The notes: a model not told the origin generated them from the letters alone. A stretch of DNA of 64,000 nt from an uncultured Chthonomonadaceae bacterium (GCA_963817895.1 CAWFQB010000003.1:672001-736000); one strand, 5' to 3'; positions 30,287 to 42,185 are shown, counted from the stretch's first letter. Numbers and translations: made by a program.

Positions 30287-32882
30287 TTGATTACACCCGA
30301 GATGGTGCGCGAAATGGGCTTGAACGAGCGCGAGTATCAGCAGGTACTCGACACGCTGGGGCGCGAACCGACGATTACGGAACTGGGCATGTTCAGCGTG
30401 ATGTGGTCGGAACACTGCGGCTACAAGTATTCCCGCCCCGTCCTCGCCCTGTTCAAGAACTACAAGGAAGCGCAGGAGACAGGGCGCGCTGGAAAACGCG
30501 GGCGTGATTCCGCTGGATGACAAGCTCGGCATCTGCTTCAAGATCGAATCGCACAACCACCCGTCTGCCGTGGAGCCGTTTCAGGGCGCGGCAACGGGCG
30601 TGGGCGGCATTTTGCGCGACATTTTCACGATGGGCGCGCGTCCCATCGCCAACCTCAACTCCCTCCGCTTCGGCCCCCTCGACGATCCCCGCAACCGCTA
30701 CCTGTTTGAACACGCCGTCGCCGGTATAGCCAATTATGGTAATTGCGTGGGCGTTCCCACGGTTGCGGGCGAAATCGCTTTTCATCCCTGCTACAGCGGC
30801 AATCCGCTTGTCAACGCCATGTCGGTCGGCGTCGTGGAACTGGGCAAGGTGGCGAGCGCGGCGGCAAAGGGCGTGGGCAACCCGGTCATTTATGTCGGCA
30901 GCAGCACGGGCAAGGACGGCATTCACGGCGCGACGTTCGCCAGCGTGGAACTCGGCCCGGACAGCGAAAGCAAGCGCCCGAATGTGCAGATGGGCGATCC
31001 GTTCATGGAAAAACTGCTCATCGAAGCCACTCTGGAAGCCCTCGATACCGGCTTTGTGGTCGGCATTCAGGACATGGGCGCGGCGGGACTGACCTGCTCG
31101 ACGTGCGAAACGGCCTCCAAAGCGGGCAACGGCATGGAAATAGACGTTCGCAAAGTTCCCCTGCGCGAAGCCGACATGACGCCGTATGAGATCATGCTGT
31201 CCGAGTCGCAGGAGCGCATGTTGTGCATCGCGCAGGCCGGAACCGAAAACCGCGTGATGGACGTGTTCAAAAAGTGGGGATTGAACGCGGCTGTCATCGG
31301 CTTTGTGACCGATGACAAAATGGTTCGCGTGAAAGACAACGGCGAAGTGGTTGCGGAAGTTCCCGCCAAAGCCCTCACCAACGAATGTCCCACCTACTAC
31401 CTCGAAACCGAAGAGCCGGACTACATCAAGCAGGTTCAGGCGTTTGATTTTTCCACCCTGCTGGAACCCGGTGTCGGACAGAATACGCAAACAAACGACG
31501 AGGAAAACGAGGAAGAAGTTTCTCCCGACACGTCCGACGCAGAATTGATACAGTTGCTTCGGGAATGTGTTAGCGGTTTGCCGGACGAATACCAACGGGT
31601 CATAGAATTGCGATGGTTCGACGATCATACTTATAATCAAATCGCAGGTATCACAGGTTTGGCAGTGCCGGAAGTCAAAACGCGACTGAAGCAGGCGCGT
31701 AATGCTTTGCGCCCGCGACTAGAAGCCCTTCCAGGGAAACAAATGGTCGCCGCACTTGCAGCGTTGCAAAGACAACAAAAACTACGCGATCAGAACGACA
31801 TTCCCTCGGATGCCCCGTTCACCTACCAAGAGGCTTTGATGTGCCTGCTTGACGCGCCCAATATCGCCAGCAAAAACTATGTGACCGAACAGTACGACAG
31901 CATGGTACAAACCTTGACGGTCGCTATGCCGGGTTCGGACGCGGCGATTTTGCGGATACGGGGCAGTCAAAAAGGGATTGCGGTCAAGATTGACGGGAAC
32001 GGGCGGTATGGCTACCTTGACCCGTTTGTTGGCGGGCAGATCGCGGTTGCCGAGGCCGCGCGCAATGTCGCCTGCGTGGGTGCGCGTCCCGCAGCCGTGA
32101 CGGACAACCTCAATTTCGCCAATCCCGAAAAACCGACCGGCTTTTGGCAGTTCCGGCGCAGCGTGGAGGGGATTGCCAAAGCGACGGAAGCGTTCGGTAC
32201 GCCCGTTGTGTCCGGCAACGTCAGCTTTTACAACGAAACGCCCGAATACGGCCCCATTTTCCCGACTCCTACGATTGGCATGTTGGGTATACTGGACGAT
32301 GTGAACAAACGAACGCAGGCCGCGTTCCGCCCGGACGCCGAGGGCGACACCATTGTACTGCTGACGGCCTACGACGATCCGAACGGCGGCATGGGCGGCA
32401 GCGAGTATTTAAACGTGATACATGGCGTGGAAGCGGGCATACCGCCGCACATTGATCTGGAAGGCGAGAAGCGGCTGCATACCCTGCTGTTGGAGTGCAT
32501 CGGAGAGGGCATGTTCGCCAGTTGCCACGATATTTCCGATGGCGGGTTGGCGGTTTGCCTTGCCGAGAAGTGCATGTTGAGCAATCAGGGCGCGTTGGTG
32601 TTGCTGAAGAAAAACGAGGATGAAAACGCGCTGCCGCTTTCCGCCACGCTTTTTGGCGAAGCGCAGGGCCGCGTCGTCGTTTCCATCCGCACCGAAAAGC
32701 AGTTTTCCAAACTAAAATCACGGGCGGAGCAGCTGGGTATTCGCGCCGATTGGATAGGCACAGTTGGCGGCGAAAACCTGCGTATCGCGCTTGGCCCAAC
32801 CGACATCATTGACCTGCCCGTATCGCAACTAACCGCCGTATACCAGAACGCCATACCGCGCCGCATGACTACAACCGTCTAA
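30287..32882 (+). CDS. purL: FGAM synthase subunit PurL (small type) with an in-frame sigma region-4 insertion; frameshift near 30480
   Basis: [68 protein letters not shown]. Confidence 0.96.
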
Positions 32883-33066
32883 CTTTAGAAACTTTCTGTC
32901 ATTGTACCGCGTAAGTTACAACCGTCACTGCTGTTTTCCTGTAGTCCTTTCGGAGTAGTTTTCCTATTCCCTATTAACAAGATGCGGCATGAGTCGCACA
33001 CGCCTGCTGTTTGTGATCTAATGTGCGTGGAGAGTCCCCAGCGCATTGCGCGAAGGAGCATGTTCA

Positions 33067-34689
33067 ATGACACCCGTTTTGACCGCCCCACTCGAACGAC
33101 CGTCCCTGCCACCGATGCAGGGGGAACCGGTACGCGCCCTTGCATCGCCTTTCGATCCCAGCAGCGCGGACAGCCTGCTTTCCAACTCCCAAAATGTCCC
33201 TGACGACGATTGGGAGCGCGACAATCCCAAAGAGGAGTGCGGCGTCTTCGGCATCTTCGCGCCGGGTGAGGAGGTGGCGCGCACTACCTTTTTCGGCCTG
33301 TTCGCCCTGCAGCACCGGGGGCAGGAGAGCGCGGGAATCGCGGTTTCCAATGGTCGCCACATTGAGACGCATAAAAAGATGGGGCTGGTCACGCAGGTTT
33401 TTGAGGAAGAGGACATTCTGCGCCTGAAAGGGATCAGCGCCATCGGGCATACGCGCTATTCCACAACCGGGTCAAGCGTCCTGTGCAACGCGCAGCCGAT
33501 TTCCGGCACGTCCAAAGTGGGTGAAATCGCCATCGCGCACAACGGCAATCTTGTCAACACGCAGGCGCTGCGCCAGGAACTCGAAGCGGAAGGCTGCAAG
33601 TTTGAAACCAGCAATGACAGCGAAGTGATCGCGCAACTGCTCGCGCATCTGCATCACGACTGCATTGAAGAGACGGTGAAAGCGGCCATGCTGCGCTTAC
33701 AGGGCGCGTACTCGCTCGTGATTTTAACGCCGGACAAACTGATTGGCGTCCGCGACAGTTACGGCGTTCGCCCGCTGTGTCTGGGCATTATAGATGACAA
33801 GCATTACGTGCTGGCTTCTGAATCCTGCGCCCTGATTCCCGTCGGGGCGCAGTATGTGCGCGAAATCGAGCCGGGTGAAGTGGTTGTGATTGACCACGAC
33901 GGCCTACACGAATTTCAGGCCATCCCAACCAAACAGCACGCCACCTGTCTGTTCGAGTTTATCTATTTCGCCCGTCCCGATAGCATGCTGTACGGACGTT
34001 CGCTGCATCAGGCGCGGCAGCGTATGGGGCAGGAACTCGCCCGCGAACATCCCGTACCCGGCGCGCATGTCGTAATTCCCGTGCCGGATACCAGTATTCC
34101 CGCCGCCATCGGCTACGCTGAAGCCTCGCATATCCCCTACGGCGAAGGCGTGATTAAAAACCGCTATATTCAGCGCACGTTTATTCAGCCCTCGCAGCAG
34201 ATGCGCGAAATGGGCGCGAAAATGAAGTATTCGCCCCTTAAAGAGACGCTGGCGGGCAAAAAAGTGGTTGTGGTGGACGACAGTATTGTGCGCGGCACGA
34301 CGACCGGCAAACTCGTCAAAATGTTGTTTGATGCCGGGGCTGTCGAGGTGCATGTCCGCATTACGGCTCCGCCCGTCCGACATCCCTGCTACTACGGCAT
34401 TGACATGGCAAACCAGAACGAGTTGGTTGCCGCCCGCCTGAGCGTGAAACAAATCTGCGAACTCATCGGCGCGACCAGTCTGGGCTACCTTTCCCTTGAC
34501 GGCGTGGTTCGCGCGGTCGGCATGCACAAGGATAAATTCTGCCGCGCCTGTTTCGACGGCAAGTACCCCATTCCCGTGCCGGAAGATGTGCGCAACAGCA
34601 AACTGATGCTGGAAGAGGAGCGCAACGCCACAGAACTCGAACACGCGGAGGGTGGTCCCGACGACGGCTCTCCCGACACGCATGAGTAG
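33067..34689 (+). CDS. purF: Amidophosphoribosyltransferase
   Basis: EECGVFG, LQHRGQESAG, GHTRYST, VDDSIVRGTT, Fe-S CRAC. Confidence 0.97.
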   Translation: MTPVLTAPLERPSLPPMQGEPVRALASPFDPSSADSLLSNSQNVPDDDWERDNPKEECGVFGIFAPGEEVARTTFFGLFALQHRGQESAGIAVSNGRHIETHKKMGLVTQVFEEEDILRLKGISAIGHTRYSTTGSSVLCNAQPISGTSKVGEIAIAHNGNLVNTQALRQELEAEGCKFETSNDSEVIAQLLAHLHHDCIEETVKAAMLRLQGAYSLVILTPDKLIGVRDSYGVRPLCLGIIDDKHYVLASESCALIPVGAQYVREIEPGEVVVIDHDGLHEFQAIPTKQHATCLFEFIYFARPDSMLYGRSLHQARQRMGQELAREHPVPGAHVVIPVPDTSIPAAIGYAEASHIPYGEGVIKNRYIQRTFIQPSQQMREMGAKMKYSPLKETLAGKKVVVVDDSIVRGTTTGKLVKMLFDAGAVEVHVRITAPPVRHPCYYGIDMANQNELVAARLSVKQICELIGATSLGYLSLDGVVRAVGMHKDKFCRACFDGKYPIPVPEDVRNSKLMLEEERNATELEHAEGGPDDGSPDTHE

Positions 34690-34695
34690 GAGATT

Positions 34696-34835
34696 TTTCA
34701 CCACCAAGACACCAAGAAAGAGAAAAGAAGAAAAGGAGAAGAGGAGTAGACATCATTCGTTAATAGCGTATGTTTCTTTATTCAATTGTTGCTTTTCTAC
34801 TTTAACTTGGTGTTCTTGGTGTCTTGTGGTGAAAT
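34696..34835. repeat. Long hairpin with 9-nt unit arms (CACCAAGAC)n ... (GTCTTGGTG)n
   Basis: TTTCACCACCAAGACACCAAGA ... TCTTGGTGTCTTGTGGTGAAA. Confidence 0.75.
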
Positions 34836-34893
34836 CATTTTCCTGAAGCCTGCTGTGGATTTGTAACGTCGAAGGGAGCAGGAGGACACAAAT

Positions 34894-35730
34894 ATGTTGG
34901 AAATGGTTGATCCCTTTGCGAAAAAGCCCACGCGGGGGCAGGTGGCCGCGCTGATTGTTTTGTCGGTGGCGGGGGTGGCGGGATTGCGGTTGTTGGGCGC
35001 GCGCAAAATCAATGGCGCGGAACGGCTGGCGGAAGCCCTGCTGGATACGGAAAAACTGAATGAGGCGCAGCGCAGTCTGCCGGAAGCGTCGGAAACTGTG
35101 CTGGCGAACTGCGCCGCGTATGTCGTGGGCGTCGCTTACCGCGCGGCGGAGGGGCAGGGTATTGGCGGCGTAGCGGAAGACCCCATCGGGCATAGCCGTA
35201 CCCATAATCATCCCTATACCCATGCCGTAACGACCGTGCTTACCGAGTCTCATGCGCCCGATCATCTGCTGACGTATGCGGTGAATCTGCCCGAAATCGG
35301 CGAAGTGCGCGGAACGCGGCGTATCGGAAGCCTGCGCGTCACCGGACTTTCTCCCGCCCGTCCCGCCGCCGATACCGTTCAAATCACGCTCACGCACGAC
35401 TACACGGCGCAGATGGAAACCGAGTTCGAGATCGCGGATTATCTTGTCATGGGGCATACCCGCGTGTTCGGTTCGGCCACCCTGCGCGACAACAAAGGCA
35501 ATGTGGGGCGCATTAACATCGGCTTCGACGGCACGGTGACGGGAACCATAACTCGCGAAGCCCGCGTTGTCGGACGCTTCGAGGGCAAAGTCTCAACGGG
35601 CGTTACCTTCCGGCAATACGACCTGCCGCCTGCCGACGCCACCGGCAGCGACACGCCCGCCGACACATCCACCGACAACGGCCCAACCGTTGATCCCAAT
35701 CCTGCGCCCGATACGCCGCCTGTCGAGTAA
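34894..35730 (+). CDS. Hypothetical membrane-anchored beta-rich protein
   Basis: AGGAGG SD, N-terminal TM helix, 278-aa ORF. Confidence 0.7.
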   Translation: MLEMVDPFAKKPTRGQVAALIVLSVAGVAGLRLLGARKINGAERLAEALLDTEKLNEAQRSLPEASETVLANCAAYVVGVAYRAAEGQGIGGVAEDPIGHSRTHNHPYTHAVTTVLTESHAPDHLLTYAVNLPEIGEVRGTRRIGSLRVTGLSPARPAADTVQITLTHDYTAQMETEFEIADYLVMGHTRVFGSATLRDNKGNVGRINIGFDGTVTGTITREARVVGRFEGKVSTGVTFRQYDLPPADATGSDTPADTSTDNGPTVDPNPAPDTPPVE

Positions 35731-35784
35731 GCGCAAAACTTGGTCAGACACAGGCCAGATACTCAATAGCAAAAGAGGGTTCGT

Positions 35785-36054
35785 ATGCCAGTCATTTTTG
35801 ATAGAGTCGTTCACCTCTCCGAAGAGCGAGCAACCCGCCTGGGACAACTTGCATCCGCCAGTGGAACAACGGAAGACGCGCTGATTGAAAAAGCGATTGA
35901 TATTCTGCTTGAAATTAGCCAACGCGAAAGCGGCGCAGAGCGTCAGGCATGGAGTGAGGCAAGCCTTCTCGCGTTGCAGCGCGTCTGGGATAATGACGCC
36001 GATAAGGTGTATGACAATTGGAGAGAACTTTACGGCGTTCAACTAACTTCCTAA
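35785..36054 (+). CDS. Orphan antitoxin-like (RHH-type) protein
   Basis: LSEERATRLGQLASASGTTEDALIEKAI; C-terminal LQRVWDNDADKVYD resembles antitoxins that precede PemK/MazF toxins. Confidence 0.55.
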   Translation: MPVIFDRVVHLSEERATRLGQLASASGTTEDALIEKAIDILLEISQRESGAERQAWSEASLLALQRVWDNDADKVYDNWRELYGVQLTS

Positions 36055-36060
36055 TCTCTT

Positions 36061-37104
36061 ATGACTGACCAACGAATAACCTATCGAGATGCGGGCGTAG
36101 ATATTGACGCCGCCAATGACGCCATGCAACGCATCAAGGCGCATGTGCGCAGCACGTTTACGCCCGGAGTGTTGACCGACATCGGCAGTTTCAGCGGCAT
36201 GTTTTCGCTTGCCGCCCTGCCGCAATACCAGCATCCTGTTCTGGTTTCGAGCATTGACGGCGTTGGCACGAAACTAAAAGTGGCTATCGCCGTCGGCAAG
36301 CACGATACTATAGGGCGCGATCTGGTAAACCATTGCGTCAACGACATTCTGGTACAGGGCGCGCGACCGCTCTTCTTTCTAGATTATTTCGCGACCGGAA
36401 AGTTGTCGCCTGCTGTTGTGGAAGATGTTGTCAAAGGATTGGCGGAGGGTTGTCGCGAAGCAGGGTGCGCCCTGATTGGCGGCGAAACGGCGGAAATGCC
36501 GGGTTTGTACGCGGATGGCGATTACGACCTTGCCGGGTGCATCGTGGGCATTCTCGACCGTGACCGCATCATTGACGGTTCGCGAGTTCAGGTAGGGGAT
36601 ACGCTTGTCGGCATGGCGTCGAGCGGCCTGCACACGAATGGCTATTCGCTTGCTCGCCGCGTTCTGCTGGATAGTGACAATCCCCTGCCGCTGGACGAAT
36701 TTTTTCCCGCTTTAGGGCGCACGCTCGGCGAGGAACTGCTTGCCACGCATCGCTGTTATGCCCCTGCCGTGCTTGCCCTGCTTGATGAGTTCGATATACA
36801 CGGCATGGCGCATCTCACGGGCGGCGGCTTTTATGAAAACATTCCGCGCATCCTGCCCTCCGATTGCAGCGTCACCATCGAACGCCGCAACTGGCCCGTT
36901 CCCCCTATCTTTTCCTTGATTCAGGAGCGCGGCAACGTTCCCGAACCCGAAATGTACCGCACCTTCAACATGGGCATCGGCTTCGTCCTCGTCGTTCCCC
37001 CCGAACAAGCCCCTCTGCTCGCCCACCGCCTGAACGCCCTCAACGAATCCGCCTATATCATCGGCGACGTGATTCGCGGCGGGCATGAGGTGAGCATACC
37101 ATGA
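36061..37104 (+). CDS. purM: AIR synthase
   Basis: YRDAGVDID, DGVGTK, GGETAEMP, SSGLHTNGYS, HLTGGG, TFNMGIG. Confidence 0.97.
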   Translation: MTDQRITYRDAGVDIDAANDAMQRIKAHVRSTFTPGVLTDIGSFSGMFSLAALPQYQHPVLVSSIDGVGTKLKVAIAVGKHDTIGRDLVNHCVNDILVQGARPLFFLDYFATGKLSPAVVEDVVKGLAEGCREAGCALIGGETAEMPGLYADGDYDLAGCIVGILDRDRIIDGSRVQVGDTLVGMASSGLHTNGYSLARRVLLDSDNPLPLDEFFPALGRTLGEELLATHRCYAPAVLALLDEFDIHGMAHLTGGGFYENIPRILPSDCSVTIERRNWPVPPIFSLIQERGNVPEPEMYRTFNMGIGFVLVVPPEQAPLLAHRLNALNESAYIIGDVIRGGHEVSIP

Positions 37105-37850
37105 CATACGAGGAAAAAGGAGAAAGGAAAAAGGAAAAAGTGGATTCTTTCAATACGGAGGCTTTCTCCTTTCTCCTTTCTCCTTTTTCCTGCCTGCTAT
37201 GGGATATTGACGGCACACTTATTGACACCACGACGCTGATTGTGGATTCGCTGGACTTTGTGTATCGCCGCTATTTTGGGCGAACGCTGCCGCCGGATGA
37301 CATTCGCGCTCTGATTGGCACACCGCTGTACAAGCAAATCCGCGTGTTTGGCGAACTGGAAACGTTGGGCGTGGACGAGCAGGCGATTATGGCGGATTTC
37401 ATCGCGTATTATGAGGCGCATCGGGATCAGGAACGGATACTGGAAGAGGTGACGGCCATACTGATTGAGGGCAAGAAGCGGGGTTTTCCGACCGCGCTGA
37501 TTACGTCTAAAAATCAGGAAGAACTCGACAATACCCTGCCGCGCCTGCATATCGCCGAGTATGTAGATTTCGCCATCACCGCCGATGATGTCACCCATCC
37601 CAAACCCGACCCGGAAGGTATGCGCCTTGCCCTTGCCCGCCTGAACATTCCCGCCGAACAAGCCCCCTCCGCCGTATACATCGGCGACACCATTCACGAC
37701 ATGCAGGCCGCAAAATCCGCAGGCGTTCAATCTGTCGGCGTGACATGGGGCGCGGCAGGACGCGACCGCCTTTCCGCCGAATCCCCCACCTACCTGTGCG
37801 ACACCCCCGCCGCGTTGAAAGATTTATTATTTCACCACCCGCTGCGCTAG
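37101..37850 (+). CDS. HAD-family phosphatase
   Basis: WDIDGTLIDT, KPDP, IGDTIHD. Confidence 0.9.
   Translation: MTYEEKGERKKEKVDSFNTEAFSFLLSPFSCLLWDIDGTLIDTTTLIVDSLDFVYRRYFGRTLPPDDIRALIGTPLYKQIRVFGELETLGVDEQAIMADFIAYYEAHRDQERILEEVTAILIEGKKRGFPTALITSKNQEELDNTLPRLHIAEYVDFAITADDVTHPKPDPEGMRLALARLNIPAEQAPSAVYIGDTIHDMQAAKSAGVQSVGVTWGAAGRDRLSAESPTYLCDTPAALKDLLFHHPLR
37110..37191. repeat. Heptamer-array hairpin (AGGAAAA/AGGAGAA)n ... (TTTCTCC)n encoding the HAD N-terminus
   Basis: Translated as EEKGERKKEK ... FSFLLSPFS. Confidence 0.85.
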
Positions 37851-37900
37851 AGACACAGAGAGCCTCTCTGTGTCTCTGTGTCTCTAGCGTAGCGGGTGGT
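37834..37900. terminator. Long hairpin with an internal (CTCTGTGT) duplication between convergent genes
   Basis: ACCACCCGCTGCGCTAGAGACACAGAG ... CTCTGTGTCTCTAGCGTAGCGGGTGGT. Confidence 0.7.
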
Positions 37901-37905
37901 TAGTT

Positions 37906-40900
37906 TCATTCAATCGGCACGGTGCGGGTGGCGAAGTCGTATCCGGCAATCGTCGGCTCGTTGGTCAGCAGCACGAAGTCGGCGCGAACGTCCTTGCCTT
38001 CGCGGGCTTTGAGGACAAGGGTATGCGAGTCTTTGGTCAAATTGACTGTGCCGACGAGCAGCGTTTGGCCTGCCCGCGTTTTCTCCGTTTCCGCGGAACC
38101 TACCGCTTCGCCATCAAGCAGAACGTCTACCGCTTCCGGTTTGCCGTTGCGCAGGCAGCGCGTGAACAGTTTGTAGCGTCCCGGCACCTCAACCTTGAAC
38201 TTGGTGACAATCGCGGTTGCCGCTGTCAGCCGTACCGCGCTTGCGCCCTCGCCGGGACTGCAATCGGGGGCGGACAAACGGTTTGAGCGTTCCCAATCCG
38301 GTAAACGCCTCGCACTCAAACAGCAGTTCTTGCGGGGGCGGATTCAGATAAATCGCGCTGATGCCATGCGCTTCGATTTTCAATGTCCAGGCGTTTTCTA
38401 AGGGCGTCGCAACCTGATTTTTCCACTGCGCGAACAGGGCTGCGGGAATTTTGACGGTTTTGGTGACGGCCACATCTTTCGGATTGTAGTACAGGATTTT
38501 ATCGGTAAACAGCGTGGCGTATACCCCATCCGCGCTGTCGTCAATGGGCAGGGCATCCCTGCGCGTCGGGTCAATCTGCGACAGGTGGTACATGGCCTGC
38601 CGAACCACCTCCAGATAGCCTTTCAGCAGCGATTTATTGGCGGGGAAGTAGATGGTCAGCCCTTTGCCGTACAATCGCGCCCAGGATTGTTCCGGCTTTT
38701 CGTACTTCGGGTTCAGGAAGCGCAAATCCAGTTCGCGGGCAAGGCGTCCGGGGGGAGGGAGGGCGGCAGGGTCTTCCGCTGTTCCCTGCTCCACAAGTTG
38801 AACGTACTGCACCCGGATGCCAAGCGGTTTGGTGTCTGCGCTGTCCGGCGCGATTTTGTTGTTGCGGCAGGGTATCGGATTGGATTGTCAGGGTCGCCAG
38901 CGAACGGCCCGTCAACACCCCTTCGGGAATGGGGAAGCGGTAGGTAACATCGCCCGTCGAGGACATATCCCCAAGTTTGATGTTGTCGCGGCGCGCGCTG
39001 AGAAACACCTGATGTTTCAGCCCTTCGGCCTCCGGGGGCAGGGTTGCGCGAACAATCAGAGTATAGCGTTTGTCGGGCAGAACGGGCAGGCGCACAGTGG
39101 CTTTGTCGCCCGTCCAGCGGAACGTGTTGCCGTCCTCATCCTTTTCCGCGTCCTGCCACGTATCGCCCAGATAGTCGGCCTGTTCCGGCTTGCCGACGCT
39201 GATACGGTACTGCGGCGGCATATTGCCCGCATAGCGTTCGGTCACGCGGGCGGGCGCAAGTTCCTTGTAGTAGCCGAACAAGTCCTGAAACCAACTGTCG
39301 TCGCCCGCGAATGTCCGCACCTTGCCGAAGTCGTAGGCGAGCAGGACGCCGCCCTCTTCCACCCATGCTTTGATTTTCGCCAGCGTTTCCGGTTCGGCAA
39401 GCAGTCCCTCCCACAGCACGAGAACGCGATACCCGGACAGGCAGCCGTCGCGCACCATGCGGTCGTCTACGATGTCGAAATTGCCCACGTCGCGCAGATA
39501 CGCGCAGGCGCGGGTAAAGGTCTGGGCGGTCGGCTGCGTGACGCGCAGACGCTGCGCTTCGGCGGGATAGAACATCGCAACATCCACAACCGGCTTTTCC
39601 ACGCGCAGAAACTTGCCGTAGCGATAATACACGTCGCGGTTGTTGACGGCATTGCTGGCCCAATCGAAATAGCCCGTAGAACCCTGCGACACGGACTTCA
39701 AAAATCCGCTCCACCTCCTCATTGGGCGTCAAGGCTCCCGGCGGCTCCGTCCAGAAGGGCGCGCCATAAAACCGGGACGCGCTGCCCAATCGTCCGAGCA
39801 TGGAAGCGGCATTGTCGGCAAACGGCTTGTACCGTCCGTGCGTGGAGCGCACATCGGCTTTATATTTGGCGGCGAGTTTGGGGATCAGGCTGTTGTCGTT
39901 GCCGCCGCGCACGTCTTCATCCCCGAATCCGGCGGGCAGCATCAGGAGGGTATCGGGAAAGCGGGTTCGCGCCGCGCGCAGATTCAGTTCAATCGCCCGC
40001 CCCACGCCGCCCTGATACCACGCGACGAAATCCAGCCACGCCCGCCGGTTTTCCACGTTCGGCTCCGGGTTGGGGATGGGCGGATACACAATCTCTTCCG
40101 GCGATTGAAACTGCTTGTTCCAGGCCGCATTGACGCCCGACAACCGAGCCGTATTTTTGCAGCATCTGCGCCCGGAAGTCCTGCCGCGCAATCGGGTCGG
40201 CGCACCAGAACCCAGATGGTCGTGCAGATTGCCGAACCGATGCTGCCAGTCCTCTTTCTGCCCCGGCACCGCCACCCGCGCCCCCATCAGCATCCCCGCC
40301 TCGCCATAATCGCCGTGAACGCCGACATACAGCGCGGTACAGGCGTTGAGGCGTTGGGCGTTGAGGTGATTGGGTCTCCTCTTCTCCTCTTCTCCTCTTC
40401 TCCTTTTCTGAATTGCTTTGCCAGCGCGTCGTAGCCGTGTTCGATGAAGTCGGGCCATTTCGGGTCCCAGGGAGAGAAGGCGCGGACGGGCTGATTGTGT
40501 TCCAGGCATTGGATTTGCGTAAAGTCGCTGTACCACTTCGGCGGAAACGCTTCGTGCGGGAAATAGCACCAGTCCAAGCCGAGTTTATCAACGGCCTGCC
40601 GCGACGGTTTCGGCGCTGCGGAAATCCCACTGGCCGGGTTTGGTTTCTTCGGTGGAAAGGTGGTCGGAGTCGGTTTGAAACAGGGTGAAACCGGCGTTGT
40701 TGAGAATTTGCATGTCCGATTGCGTGGACACGCTGGACGCCAGCAGCATCCGGTCGCCGACATTGCGCTGCCGGGTATAGGGGTTTTCGTCCGGCTTGCC
40801 GCCCGCGCGAATGTCCCAGAGCCGCACAAGGCGCGTGTAATCGGGCGTGGGCGCTCCGCGCAGGGTTCCCCAGGGCGCGCCGCCTGCCGGGGCGATTTCC

Positions 40901-41718
40901 GTCGCCGTTTTCCAGGTTTTATCGTCCAGCGCAAGGCTGTTCCAGGCAAGGGGCGGATTGCGCAGGGTGCGGACGTGGCTGTTGGACACCAGCGTGACGG
41001 TTCGCGCCGCCGAGGTTTTGATGGTCAGTTTGTACAGCAGTCCGCCCACCCCGCCCGTGTTGCGGCAGGAAATGCCCAGCACGTTGTCGCCGGCTTTCAG
41101 CAGCCGCGTCACATCGTACTCGCGTACCGTGGTCCAGTCATTGGCTTCGGCAACGGGTTTCGCGCTTCCATTGATGTACGCCTGGTAGCTGTCATCGGCG
41201 GTAATCAGCAGCCGCGCCGAAATGGGCGTTCGGGCAAGCGTGAAGCGTTGCCGAAAATACACGGTTTCCGGCGGGCGCGTTCCATCCGCCGCCCATATCC
41301 ACTTCCAGACTTCAATTGGAGATTGACGATTTTCGATTGACGATTGGGGATTGACAGATGTTGGCTGCCCCTTGCCGACAGAGGGTTGGACTGGCTTTTT
41401 ATCGCTTTTCGCGCCCGCCTTTTGAGAAGCGGCGTCAGTCGGCGGCTTACCTGTTGATTTGCCTGCGTTCGCGCCGGAACCGGACGCCGATTTCCCGTTT
41501 GCCGTTGCCGCCTTTGTTTTCGGTATGGGCGGCGCGGCAGGGGCAGGCGCAGCCCTATCCTGCGCCAGAGCCTTTACAGGAAGCGCAATTCCAATCGGCA
41601 ATCGGCAATCGGCAATCGAAAATATCACAAGCGCGAACAAAACGCAAAAGCGCGGCATACGGTACATCCTTGGCTGTGTTTTCAAAACTTCAAGCAGGCG
41701 ATTTATTTTGTGTCCCAA
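37906..41718 (-). CDS. Large secreted glycoside hydrolase-like protein (rhamnosidase-N/CBM-like domain, GH14/GH42-like barrel, C-terminal beta domains), multiple frameshifts
   Basis: WIW...YFRQRF...ITADDSY..YING...GDNVLGI; PGQWDF, CLEH, HGDYGEAG, FWTEP. Spread over ORFs 40588/39136/38634/38189/37906. Confidence 0.65.
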
Positions 41719-41815
41719 CGAGAACTATGAATCAGTATAGCAAATTCATGTGGTCTAATGTCGGGTACGCGCCTGAATTGTCGTTTGTTTCCGCAGCGAA
41801 GGATTCCTGCCTGAT

Positions 41816-41909
41816 AGCCCTCAACCCCTGACCCCTTCTCCCAAGTTTGGGAGAAGGGGAACTTGCCCTCAACCCTGCCCCCTTCTCCCAGCTTTAGGAG
41901 AAGGGGAAC
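41816..41909 (+). repeat. Two tandem REP-like palindromic units
   Basis: GCCCTCAACCC..CCCCTTCTCCCA-N-TGGGAGAAGGGGAAC, twice. Confidence 0.85.
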
Positions 41910-41942
41910 CTGTCGTAATCGCCCCCTGTAAGATACGACGGA

Positions 41943-42185
41943 TCAGGCGGCTACTTTTTCCGCCGCGCCCACAGCGGCATATTCCACCGACTCTTCCAGC
42001 AGCGCCACATTACAAACCCGGTCCAGCCGAATATCATCCACATCCGTTACAAGATAACCGCCATACAGGGGTACAAAGGTCGCGTCATACACTTTAGAAA
42101 CCGTGACCTGCTCCTTGCCGACGCGGTCTTTCCACACGATAGTACACTGTTTACCGATATAAGATTTCGCTTCATTAAGTAACAT
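41943..42185 (-). CDS. Small hypothetical protein
   Basis: 80 aa, AGGAG SD. Confidence 0.65.
   Translation of the reverse strand: MLLNEAKSYIGKQCTIVWKDRVGKEQVTVSKVYDATFVPLYGGYLVTDVDDIRLDRVCNVALLEESVEYAAVGAAEKVAA

Noticed and set aside
31470..31815. PurL insert as an intein
   Set aside because: There is no N-terminal Cys/Ser block A and no HN-C/S/T terminus; it resembles sigma region 4 instead.
1041..41718. Mass pseudogenisation or programmed frameshifting of ftsK, purL, sigma, GT, UGM and GH
   Set aside because: Single-base indels without slippery or SD signals, in otherwise well-conserved genes, are best explained as long-read errors.
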